DNA from: an uncultured Chloroflexia bacterium
GTDB lineage: Bacteria > Chloroflexota > Chloroflexia > Thermomicrobiales > UBA6265
Assembly (NCBI GenBank): GCA_963724295.1
Contig: CAVRUC010000005.1
Coordinates: forward strand, 128,001-192,000
DNA length: 64,000 nucleotides
Direction of reading: 5' to 3'
This document shows, piece after piece, positions 43,449-52,756 of this stretch. The position numbers and the translations under genes are program-made. The notes beneath the pieces are model-generated. The model was not told where the DNA came from, did no database searches, and was given only the letters and a program-made list of their open reading frames with translations. The stretch's first letter is position 1; the number at the start of each line of letters is the position of its first letter.

Positions 43449-44606
43449 TCAGGAGGCGGTAGCCTCCTGCCAGATCTGCACCCACTTGTCATAGTTCGGA
43501 ACGAACTTCCACATGTGGATCTTGGCGTACTCGGCCGGGACGTCGACCATTCGCAGCTGCTCCCGCAGCTCCGTCGGCAGCGTTTCCACAACTTTGCTGT
43601 TGGTGATGCTGTAGTTCAGGTTCTCGATGACGCCCATCTGGCCCTCGGGTCCGATCATGTAGTCGGCCCAATTCAGCGCCAGCTCCGGGTTAGGAGCCTT
43701 ATTCGAGATGCACCACGAATCGGACCAACCGGTGACCCCCTCTTCGGGTGTCGCCTCGGCGACCGTGCCCTCGGAGTCCCGAATCTGCAGCGTGATCCAG
43801 GACCACCCGTCGGCGATCACGACCTCGCCATTGAGGAAGAGCTCCGCGATCTCCCCACCAAGGTCCCAGTATTTCCGGACCAGTGGTCGCTGGCGGACCA
43901 GGATGTCCTTGACCTGGGCGAGTTGCTCGTCGTCGAGCAGGAATGGATCCTCAGGCTTCGGATCGAGAAGAAGCGCGTATTGAGCGATCTGAAGCGGGTA
44001 GTTCCAGGTCGTGATCTTTCCCGAGTACTGCTCGTCGAGAAGCGCGTTCCATGAGGTTGGAGTTTCGGCCACCTCGTCCGGGTTGAAGAGTAGGATCGTC
44101 GGGCCCCAGGAGAAGTTGACCCCATAGAGCTTGTCGTCGAAGGTGATGTAGGGCGGACGCTGGAACTGTTCGTAGAGATCCGGGTAGTTGGTCAGCTTGC
44201 TCGCATCGATCTCCATCAGCAGTCCGGCATCGTAGAGCCTCTGCGGAAGATCGGATGAGGCGGAGACCATGTCAAAGGTGGCGCCGCCGCTCCCCTGCAT
44301 CGCCGCGAACATCTCATCGCCGGTACCGGCAAACGTCGCCTCGACGTTCACGTCGTTGGCTTCTTCCCAGGGGATCGTGAACGAATCCGATGTGTAGCCT
44401 TCCCAGACGATCATCGTCAGCTCGTTGGACTGAGCCAGTGCCGGGCTGCGGCCGATGGCCGGCCCGAGCGCGGTAGTCAGGCCCAGGGCGGCAAAGAGTT
44501 TGCTCAGGTCGCGGCGGCTGATCGCGCCCGACCGGAAGCCGGCCATGACCGTCGTCGGCTCCAGCTCCATCAGGCGCTCGATGCGGTCGTCACCCATCTG
44601 GTTCAT
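43449..44606 (-). CDS. potD: Polyamine-type ABC transporter substrate-binding protein (Tat-like signal)
   Basis: ISRRDL signal, WEGY, PTSWNAL and PEEGVTGWSD. Confidence 0.85.
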   Translation of the reverse strand: MNQMGDDRIERLMELEPTTVMAGFRSGAISRRDLSKLFAALGLTTALGPAIGRSPALAQSNELTMIVWEGYTSDSFTIPWEEANDVNVEATFAGTGDEMFAAMQGSGGATFDMVSASSDLPQRLYDAGLLMEIDASKLTNYPDLYEQFQRPPYITFDDKLYGVNFSWGPTILLFNPDEVAETPTSWNALLDEQYSGKITTWNYPLQIAQYALLLDPKPEDPFLLDDEQLAQVKDILVRQRPLVRKYWDLGGEIAELFLNGEVVIADGWSWITLQIRDSEGTVAEATPEEGVTGWSDSWCISNKAPNPELALNWADYMIGPEGQMGVIENLNYSITNSKVVETLPTELREQLRMVDVPAEYAKIHMWKFVPNYDKWVQIWQEATAS

Positions 44607-44742
44607 CGCCTACCTCCTCAAACGCGCAGTTCGACACGCGACTCGACATCGAGTCGCGATCGAGTTCGATTCCACTCCGGCCCGGGGCGTCATCCCGTCC
44701 GGTATGGGGTCTCGCGCACGGTAACCGTTGCCATGGATCGCG

Positions 44743-45675
44743 TCAAGAAGTGGCAGAGGTGTCTATTCTGCTGTCTGCGGCACGCAAAATCGGCCGGGTC
44801 AGACAGGTTGGGCCACCGGCGCGATTGTGGGAGAGCTCATTTCCGACGTAGGTCAGCACGTCGCAACCTGCCGCGCGCAACCGGCCGCGTGTTATGGGGC
44901 TGCCGTCACAAACGAGCACCCGCATCGGCGCCAGGGCCAGCACGTTGCAGCCGTGCGTCTCGAACTCCTCGTCGGGGACTTCGATGAACGTCCACCTTCT
45001 CTGTTGCAGCTCCTGGACGAAGGGGACCGACATCAACGGCAGATAGACGACCGCGAGCCGGTCGGCGACCGGACTGATGAAGGACATCAGGTGCAGGCAC
45101 TCATCCGGACCTCGCCAGTGCGGCAGATCGACCGTCATCGTCTCGATGCCGTGCGGCGCGAGCAGCGCCGTCAGCTGCCGAATCCCCTCGCTGTTCGTGC
45201 GATAGCCCCGGCCGATGGCCAGCGTGCGCTCGTCGAGCCAGAGCGTGTCGCCGCCCTCGACGGTCCCCGGCGCCTCGATCCGTCCGATGACCGGGATCCC
45301 CAGCTCCGCGTACGTCCGCTCGGCGAGATCGACCTCGGCCAGTCTCAGCTCCTTGCCGGGCCGCAATAGCACGGCCCCCGCATCGGTCATCAGCGATGGG
45401 TCGTAGGCGAAGATCGCGTCGAGCAGTCCGGCGTCGTCAGGACCAGCCGTCACGACTTCCGCGCCGCTCTCGGCCAGGAGCGCACGGAACGCGTCATGCT
45501 CGATCTGGGTTCGGTCATGATCGACGGCCCGCGGATAGCCGAAGCGGCTGAATTCGTCGTCGGTCGCGGCAGGCGCCGGCTTGCGCACTAGCACCCGTCT
45601 TAGCGGGGCGACCATGCTCTGGCCGCCCCAGGCGCGGCCGGTCGCCACCGTCGATTCTTCCATGAGCGAAGTCAT
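44743..45675 (-). CDS. Amidinotransferase / dimethylargininase (pentein) family protein
   Basis: LRRVLV, DAIFAYDP, EGGD, RTN, HL and GGPTCLT (catalytic Cys). Confidence 0.88.
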   Translation of the reverse strand: MTSLMEESTVATGRAWGGQSMVAPLRRVLVRKPAPAATDDEFSRFGYPRAVDHDRTQIEHDAFRALLAESGAEVVTAGPDDAGLLDAIFAYDPSLMTDAGAVLLRPGKELRLAEVDLAERTYAELGIPVIGRIEAPGTVEGGDTLWLDERTLAIGRGYRTNSEGIRQLTALLAPHGIETMTVDLPHWRGPDECLHLMSFISPVADRLAVVYLPLMSVPFVQELQQRRWTFIEVPDEEFETHGCNVLALAPMRVLVCDGSPITRGRLRAAGCDVLTYVGNELSHNRAGGPTCLTRPILRAADSRIDTSATS

Positions 45676-45823
45676 ACCTGTTGGCTCCCTTTGCCCGGAT
45701 CGCAATTGCTCGCTGGTCGTCCCGGCCGATGCTAGCACGCCCTGAACCCCGCCTCGCCAAGGCTATGCTTGACTGGCGACACGGGCAATGCGCCCGCGGC
45801 GCTCACTCGGAGGAGAGCTTTTC

Positions 45824-47102
45824 TTGTCGCGCATCGCCGTCTTCGATCCTTTCTCCGGCGCCAGCGGGGACATGATCCTCGGGGCCCTGGTCGATGCCGG
45901 GGTTCCCCTGACCGTGATCCGGGACGCCATCTCTCGGCTCGGTATCGACGGCGTCCGTATCGCCTCGCGGCCAGCCGCAAGTGGCGCTGTTCGCGGCACG
46001 CGGGTGGTCGTCGAGCCTAGCGGCGAGCAGCCATCGCGTGACTGGCGGACCATCCGTGTCCTGCTCGCAGAATCAACCCTGGTGCCGTCCGTGCGCGACG
46101 CGGCGCTCGCTGTCTTTTCCGCCCTGGCCGCCGCCGAGGCTGAGGCCCACGGCGTGCCGATCGAGGACGTGCACTTCCATGAGGTTGGCGCGGTCGATGC
46201 AATCGTCGATGTCGTCGGCGCCTGCGCTGGCCTCGACGCGCTCGGGGTCGACCAGATCGCCTCGAGCCCGGTCGCCGTCGGCTCTGGCTGGGTGCGCTCC
46301 GATCATGGTCTGCTCCCTGTTCCCGCCCCGGCGACCGCGATTCTCCTGGCAAAGCAGTCTGTGCCTATCCGGCCGGACCCACCTGATGAGTCCCCAGCCA
46401 GGCGAGCTGCTCACGCCGACCGGCGCCGCCATCCTCGGCGCGCTGGCGAGCTGGAACGTGCCGCCGTTCGTCCCCGCTCGCCTCGGCTATGGATTTGGGA
46501 CTCGCGAGCTTCCCTGGCCGAACGCGCTCCGGCTGTGGGTCGGTGAAACATCGGGCTCGAGCGCGGCGGGCGAAGAGCTCCTGCTGGAGACGAACATCGA
46601 CGACATGAACCCCCAGTTCTATGAACCCTTGACTGAGCGTCTCTTCGCCGCGGGGGCGCTCGACGTCTGGCTCACCCCGATTACCATGAAGAAGGGCCGG
46701 CCCGGCACGATCGTCTCGGCCATCGTCACCGCGGACCGCCGCGACGAGGTCGAACGCGCCTTCTTTGTCGAAAGCACGACCATCGGGGTGCGTGCGACCC
46801 CCGTCAGCCGCACTCGCGCTCCGCGGCGGTTCGAGACGGTTGCCACCCGCTGGGGCGATGTGCGGCTCAAGCTACGGGGCTGGGACGGGCGCGTCATCGG
46901 CGCCATGCCCGAATATGACGACTGCCTCCGGCTGAGCCGCGCCAGCGGCGCGCCGATCCGCGAGATCTGGGCCGAGGCTAACCGGCTCGGCGAGGTGTAC
47001 ACCGGTCAGCGGTGGGCTGCCCAGTTCCCTGGCGAGTCGAACCCGGCCGTACTGTCAGCGGAACCGGATCCAGGCAATGACGACCGGCAGCACCGCGAAT
47101 AG
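45824..47102 (+). CDS. larC: Nickel pincer cofactor biosynthesis protein (frameshift near 46395)
   Basis: DPFSGASGDMILGAL, VHFHEVGAVDAIVD, HGLLPVPAPAT, GELLTPTGA, ETNIDDM, MKKGRPG and PEYDDC. Confidence 0.92.
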
Positions 47103-47603
47103 CAGATCCGGCACCGGCCGCAGATAGAGCGCGCGCTGGACCTGGGGGCGAAGGTTCTCGATCTCGGCCAGACCGATCCCGAGGCGTTGCGCCAGGACCA
47201 CGCGACTGAGCAGGAGTCCGAAGATGACGATCACGATGGCGATGGCCTGCAGGTCGAGACCCTGCCGCTTGGTCAGCCATCGCACCATCGTCTCGACCGC
47301 GCCGAAGCCGAGCAAGAGCGCCCAGTAGAACTGCCAGTCGGGGAAGAAGCCCCAGGCGATCCCGACCGCGGTCGCCACCACAAACCCGGCGCCGGCCGCG
47401 GTGAGTGTTCGGGCGGGGTTCGCGGCCACGGACGACCGCGTTCCTGCACAATCGGGGCAGCGCATGCCGACCGGGGTGCGCACACCGCAACGAGGGCAGA
47501 TCGGCCGGCCACATCGGGAACAACGCAGACGAGTCTCGACGTCCGGGTGGTCCGCGCATCGGACCGGGCCGGTACTCGGATAGACCTCGGCGACGTCAGT
47601 CAT
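47055..47603 (-). CDS. B-box-like zinc-finger membrane protein
   Basis: CADHP..CSRCGRPICPRC..PVGMRCPDC followed by about four TM helices. Confidence 0.75.
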   Translation of the reverse strand: MTDVAEVYPSTGPVRCADHPDVETRLRCSRCGRPICPRCGVRTPVGMRCPDCAGTRSSVAANPARTLTAAGAGFVVATAVGIAWGFFPDWQFYWALLLGFGAVETMVRWLTKRQGLDLQAIAIVIVIFGLLLSRVVLAQRLGIGLAEIENLRPQVQRALYLRPVPDLLFAVLPVVIAWIRFR

Positions 47604-47621
47604 GTCGCGGCGCCCGACAGG

Positions 47622-49733
47622 CTAGCTGAAGCCGCCACCGCCGCCCCCTCCACCGCCTCCACCGCCTCCGCCCCCGCCGCCAAAGCCGCCTCCGCCACCG
47701 CCGAAACCGCCGCCGAAGCCTGACCCACCGCTCCAGCCTCCGCGGCCGCCGCCGCTCCAGCTCCCACCAGAGAACGCCTGGCCAGCGGAGTTGAAGAGAT
47801 CGAAGAGTGAACCGGATGACGCTTGCAACGATCGGCCGGCGCTGTCACTGAAGTCCTGCAAATCAGGCATGTTCCACGACGGGCCACCGCCGCCAGACGG
47901 TACGCCGCTGCCCCCTGCTCCGCCCTGCCCACCGGTACCGGCGTACGGACCATAACCCCCACCGGGGATAATCACCGTCCCACCACCGTACGGCCCGAAC
48001 CACGGTCCCGGATACCCTCTCCTGCCGAACGGCCCGGGAGATGTCGTGACATCGTCGCCATACCAGGTCGGCGAAGCCGTCGGCACGCGCGAGAACTTGT
48101 CGACCCAGGAGCTCTCGAGACCAAACGCAATGGCGTACGGCAGGTAACGATCGAAAATGTCCTGCGCCTCGTCGAGCTTTTCATAGCGCTCGATGGAGGC
48201 CAGATAGTTCCGGAAGGCCCGCCACTTCGCCGCCGCCTCGGCGCCGGCGGGGGACTTACGCGGCATGAAGCGGGAGATCAGGACGACGATCAGGCCGATC
48301 ACGACCAGTGCCGCAATCGGGATGAAGATGGTGGGCGCGATATCGGCGAGCGACCCGATCGCTATGCAGCCGCCGATGATGGCCACGATCAGCGCGAACA
48401 TCCCGATCGACTTCCACCTGCCGCGAGTGCGCTCCGGCGACATGGTGAAGTAGCCGCGCTCCACCAGCTCGTCGTAGAGATGGCGCTGAATCTGTGGCTG
48501 CGCGGCGGCGAAGCGCCCTTTGACCTCAGAAAGCGCTACTTGCTCGCCCGATTTGACCTTGGAGCCAAACAACGCCTCCAGCAGCTCGCGCTCGAATAGC
48601 GGTACCTTGGGTTCGTCCTGGAGCGCCGTCAGCGTGAAGTCGCCGCCACGTCCGAAGATACCCGCCCCCTCGGTACGGTCGATACGCAGCACGCCCCGCT
48701 GCCCGAGATCGACCAGGGTGGCGACGATGTCACGCTGATCGACCTGTTCATCCATCAGAGCACCGATTACGCCAGGCGGGAGATTGTCCGGCGGATCCGG
48801 GATGAACTCGGCGACCGGTCCAACCTCGGGATCACGACCCCGTGTCCACCACGTGGCCAGCACAGCTACCGCGCCACCAATGGCGATCAACAGCCCCAGG
48901 CCCAGAAATAGGAGGTTGAGCCGGCCACCCATGGCCGCGCGCTCGGCCTGTTGCTGCTCCTGGCGATCACTGGCCGCCTGCCACGAGGGCTCGGCGGCCA
49001 GCACCAGCGGCTCGAACTGCAGACCGGCGTCGAGCGAGTCACCCCGGCCTAAATCACTTGCCGTCCAGGTCCACGTCTGCCCGTCCTCGGTGTGATCTTC
49101 CGGTCGCTCGCTGCCCGGTCCCTGGATGAACGTCCGCCCCGGATCGACCGGACGCGGCAGCACGAAGCGCAAGGTCGCGTCGTTGACCGGTGCGTTCTCG
49201 GTAAGCTCCTCGCCGACCCCTATCCAGGAGATCTGCTGGTACGGCGTCTCAACATCGTCATAGACGCGCAGTGCGCCGTATGCGTCGTAGTCGATCTGGA
49301 AGGTGCGCGACTGCGAGGTGGTGCGCGGAAAGCTCCACTCGACCCTGAGTGTCGGACCAACCTCGCGATAGCTGTAGGTATTCGGAACGTCGGCAGAGAA
49401 CTCACCCGGGGAGACGTACTGGTACGGCTGGACCGAGTCCCCGGTCACTTCACCGGCACGGATGTTGTCGATCGCGTCGATCCGGGCCAATGGAATCTCG
49501 CGGTAGCCGCTACGGAACGGCCCGCCGATGAAATCAATTCGATCCCGCTCCGTGACGTGGAAGGAACTATCCTCGCGCAGCTCGACCGTGACATCGATCT
49601 CGTCCCAGACCACGGAGCGATCGGCTTGTGCGAGGGCAGCGGAAGGCAGGGCGGCGAATGACACGACCGCCAGCGCCAGCAGCGCCAGTAGCCAGGCCAC
49701 GCCGCTAGATCGGGAGCGTCCCCGGTTCATCAT
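47622..49733 (-). CDS. DUF2207-family membrane protein with a Gly-rich tail
   Basis: Signal peptide, PPDNLPPG, ATLVDL..RG, YLPYAIAFG..W and a C-terminal poly-Gly run. Confidence 0.88.
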   Translation of the reverse strand: MMNRGRSRSSGVAWLLALLALAVVSFAALPSAALAQADRSVVWDEIDVTVELREDSSFHVTERDRIDFIGGPFRSGYREIPLARIDAIDNIRAGEVTGDSVQPYQYVSPGEFSADVPNTYSYREVGPTLRVEWSFPRTTSQSRTFQIDYDAYGALRVYDDVETPYQQISWIGVGEELTENAPVNDATLRFVLPRPVDPGRTFIQGPGSERPEDHTEDGQTWTWTASDLGRGDSLDAGLQFEPLVLAAEPSWQAASDRQEQQQAERAAMGGRLNLLFLGLGLLIAIGGAVAVLATWWTRGRDPEVGPVAEFIPDPPDNLPPGVIGALMDEQVDQRDIVATLVDLGQRGVLRIDRTEGAGIFGRGGDFTLTALQDEPKVPLFERELLEALFGSKVKSGEQVALSEVKGRFAAAQPQIQRHLYDELVERGYFTMSPERTRGRWKSIGMFALIVAIIGGCIAIGSLADIAPTIFIPIAALVVIGLIVVLISRFMPRKSPAGAEAAAKWRAFRNYLASIERYEKLDEAQDIFDRYLPYAIAFGLESSWVDKFSRVPTASPTWYGDDVTTSPGPFGRRGYPGPWFGPYGGGTVIIPGGGYGPYAGTGGQGGAGGSGVPSGGGGPSWNMPDLQDFSDSAGRSLQASSGSLFDLFNSAGQAFSGGSWSGGGRGGWSGGSGFGGGFGGGGGGFGGGGGGGGGGGGGGGGGFS

Positions 49734-49892
49734 TGGTCGCTTTCATCAGTTCGCGAGCGTCTGGATCATCAAGGCGAGGATACGGCACAAGCCGCCGCGA
49801 TCACCACTTCGCGTTCACGTTCGGGTCGGGTTTGCGGCAGATGTTACGCTTCTCGCATGCCTGCTTCCCCTCGACGCCGCAAGCCGCTCCCG

Positions 49893-50339
49893 ATGACCAC
49901 CGCCGGAGACTACTCCCCCCAAGAGGCCATCATGACGATGGCCGACCACGGCTATCGCGTGACCGGTCCCCGCCGCGCCATCATTGCCTCGGCGTTACGG
50001 CGGGAGCGGCCGTTTACGGCCGAGCAGATCGTCGCCGATGCGACAGGTGCCGCTGGCGAGAGCGGCCGCTCGACGGTCTATCGAACGCTGGAGATCCTGG
50101 CCTCGCTCGGCGTGCTCTCCCGAATTCTGGACGGATCGGGACGACCGGTTTACGTCGCCGGCGCGCCGGTCCACCGCCATCACCTCGTCTGCGCCGGGTG
50201 CGGCGCTGCCGTTCCGTTCAACGCCTGTCCGGTAGCCGATCTGGCTGACACACTGGCGCGGGAAAACGACTTCGAGGTCCACGGCCACCTTCTGGAAATT
50301 TTTGGCACCTGTGGTGACTGCCGCGCTGCCGCTCGCTGA
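49893..50339 (+). CDS. Fur/Zur-family metal-responsive regulator
   Basis: GYRVTGPR, STVYRTL, HHLVCAGCG and GTCGDC. Confidence 0.9.
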   Translation: MTTAGDYSPQEAIMTMADHGYRVTGPRRAIIASALRRERPFTAEQIVADATGAAGESGRSTVYRTLEILASLGVLSRILDGSGRPVYVAGAPVHRHHLVCAGCGAAVPFNACPVADLADTLARENDFEVHGHLLEIFGTCGDCRAAAR

Positions 50340-50501
50340 TTTGATTCATCCCGGCCGCCAGCATCCATTATTGACACATCGTCTCACATACAGTCTCATT
50401 TGCCGCATGCAGCTCGCTTGGCATGGACGATGAAAGACCGCGCGATGGCGCCTTCGCTTTGAGATGTGCTGCTGGACCTTCAATCGGTTCGCGACGTCTC
50501 G

Positions 50502-51308
50502 ATGACCGCGGCCGCGATCGCTACTCCATCGAGTCGGGCCATCGATCCAGGGCCGAGTGAATCGGCTGTGCCGCGCATGCAGACGGTGCGCCTGGGCGTT
50601 CACTTCGAGAATCGATCGGCCATCGAAGAGGTCAGTCTTGATTTTCATGCGAGTGAGTCGACCGCGTTGGTCGGCCCCAATGGCGCCGGCAAGAGCACGC
50701 TGCTGAGATGTCTGGACGGCATCCTGGCGCCAACCCATGGCGAGGTCTTCCTCGACGGCCAGCCCGTTCACCGTCCAAGCCCTCGCGTCGCCTACGTGCC
50801 GCAGCGCTCAGACGTCGACTGGAGATTCCCGATCAGTGTGCTCGATGTGGCCCTCATGGGTCGCGCGCTGCGTGCCAGCCGCTTGTTGCCCGTCTCACAT
50901 CGGGACCGGGAGGATGCGCTGGCCGCGCTCGCCGAGGTCCGCATGCGTCGCTTCGCCCCTGTCCAGATCGGAGCACTCTCCGGGGGGCAGCAGCAACGGG
51001 TCTTCATCGCCAGGGCACTCCTGCAAGCGGCCGACGTCTTCCTACTGGACGAGCCGTTTTCGGGAGTGGACGCGCCGACGCAGGGGTTGGTGCTCCAGGT
51101 CCTGGATGATCTCCGCTCGGCCGGCAAGACGATCGTCTTCGCGACGCACGACCTGGCCATGGCGGAGCGATCGGCCGACGTTTGCGTCATGCTGAACCGG
51201 CGGGTCATTGCTGCCGGCCCGCCGGCGGAAGTGCTCACGGTTCAGGGCTTGCAAGCAACCTTTGGCGGAACGGCCGAACTGGACATCGAACGCCGGCCGT
51301 CTCCGTGA
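50502..51308 (+). CDS. Zn/Mn ABC transporter ATP-binding protein
   Basis: [29 protein letters not shown] and LLDEPFSGVD. Start is uncertain. Confidence 0.92.
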   Translation: MTAAAIATPSSRAIDPGPSESAVPRMQTVRLGVHFENRSAIEEVSLDFHASESTALVGPNGAGKSTLLRCLDGILAPTHGEVFLDGQPVHRPSPRVAYVPQRSDVDWRFPISVLDVALMGRALRASRLLPVSHRDREDALAALAEVRMRRFAPVQIGALSGGQQQRVFIARALLQAADVFLLDEPFSGVDAPTQGLVLQVLDDLRSAGKTIVFATHDLAMAERSADVCVMLNRRVIAAGPPAEVLTVQGLQATFGGTAELDIERRPSP

Positions 51309-52231
51309 CCGCCCTCCTGTCCACATTGACGGAACCGTTCCAGCACACGTTCATGCAAAACGCGTTCGCCGCGATCCTCCTCGTCGGCTTGATCTGCGGC
51401 GCGGTGGGTGTCTTCGTCATTCTGCGCGGCCTGGCCTTCATGGGCGACGCCATGTCTCACGCGGTCTTCCCCGGGGTCGTCATCTCTTACGTCCTCGGCG
51501 GCAGCTATCTCATCGGCGCCATCATTTCGGCAACGATCGTTTCGCTCGCCATCGGGGCGGCAACACAGAGTGGGCTGCTTCGCAACGACACGGCCATCGG
51601 CGTCTTCTTCGTGGGGTCCTTTGCCCTCGGCGTGGCGATCATTTCCACTCAGCAGTCCTATGCGCGCGATGTGACGAATCTCTTGTTCGGGTCGATTCTC
51701 GGGGTCTCGCGCGAAGATCTCCTGCTTACGGCGATCGTCGGCTGTTGCGTGCTGCTCGCGCTCTGGCTCTCTCGTCGCGAAATCGTGGCCAGCTCGTTTG
51801 ACCGCACGTTTGCCCGATCACAAGGGCTCAATCTCTGGGGTTGGGACCAACTCTTCCTGCTGCTGCTTTCCCTGACGATCGTCATCTCGCTGCAGACCGT
51901 CGGCAACGTGCTCGTGCTGGCGATGCTGGTTACGCCAGCCGCCACCGCACGGCTGCTCACCGTTCGCCTCGGTCCCATGATCGCGCTCTCGGCGGTCCTC
52001 GGCGCCGCATCGGGAGTGGGCGGGCTGTATGTCTCGTACTTTCTCGGCATTTCCTCGGGAGCTAGCATCATCCTGGTGGCGACGGCGTTCTTCCTGGTGA
52101 TCTTCCTCTTCGCGCCTCAGACCGGCGTCATCACATCGCGCGTTGCGCGGCGGCTGCACTTCGAGCACCCGGAGCGCGACCAGTTCCTCGAGCCGGAGAT
52201 CGAGGAAGACGTTGCTGGCTCGAGAGCCTGA
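51305..52231 (+). CDS. Zn/Mn ABC transporter permease
   Basis: GDAMSHAVFPG, LFGSILG, QTVGNVLV and TPAATA. Confidence 0.92.
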   Translation: MTALLSTLTEPFQHTFMQNAFAAILLVGLICGAVGVFVILRGLAFMGDAMSHAVFPGVVISYVLGGSYLIGAIISATIVSLAIGAATQSGLLRNDTAIGVFFVGSFALGVAIISTQQSYARDVTNLLFGSILGVSREDLLLTAIVGCCVLLALWLSRREIVASSFDRTFARSQGLNLWGWDQLFLLLLSLTIVISLQTVGNVLVLAMLVTPAATARLLTVRLGPMIALSAVLGAASGVGGLYVSYFLGISSGASIILVATAFFLVIFLFAPQTGVITSRVARRLHFEHPERDQFLEPEIEEDVAGSRA

Positions 52232-52324
52232 CGGTCTCGATCCCGTCGGGCCCTCTGCTCTTCTATGATGTCGACTCGCGCGCGTTTCGGCGACAGCATG
52301 ATCAACCAGGAGGAAAGCCTGACC

Positions 52325-52756
52325 ATGAGCGAAGGGAGAGCGCCCGCTCGATTTTCCAGCCCGGACACGATGCCGCGGCCCTATGGCTACTCGCAGGTGG
52401 TCGAGATCACCGGCGGCCATCCGGTCTACATCTCGGGTCAGGTCCCGCTCAATACGAACAATCAGGTCGTGGGCGTTGGCGATTTCGCAGCCCAAACCAG
52501 GCAGGCGTTCGAAAACGTGCGGTTAGGTCTCGAGTCTGTCGGACTGACGTTTGCCCACGTCGTCAAGATTCAGATGTTTCTCACCGACATCGCCAACCTG
52601 CCGGCCATCCGAGACATTCGAGACGAATTCGTGAACACGGAGCAGCCACCCGCCAGCACGACCGTGCAGGTCGCCGCGCTCTTTCACCCTGATGTGCTGT
52701 TCGAGATCGATGCGATTGCCTATGCGCCGAGTGCGAGGGATCAGAGCGCCCAGTAG
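52325..52756 (+). CDS. RidA/YjgF-family protein
   Basis: GYSQVV, YISGQVP, PPAST and EIDAIA. Confidence 0.9.
   Translation: MSEGRAPARFSSPDTMPRPYGYSQVVEITGGHPVYISGQVPLNTNNQVVGVGDFAAQTRQAFENVRLGLESVGLTFAHVVKIQMFLTDIANLPAIRDIRDEFVNTEQPPASTTVQVAALFHPDVLFEIDAIAYAPSARDQSAQ

Noticed and set aside
44675..44705. Guanidine-III riboswitch-like CCGGACG..CGCC..CCGG upstream of potD
   Set aside because: The downstream pseudoknot partner (GGCG) and the conserved CGAG/AGAC elements are absent.
47630..47765. CCG/CCA-rich low-complexity repeat
   Set aside because: It simply encodes the normal poly-Gly tail of DUF2207.
50430..50465. In-frame UGA upstream of the metal ABC ATPase as Sec
   Set aside because: It lies in non-conserved sequence ahead of the likely start at 50502, with no catalytic context.
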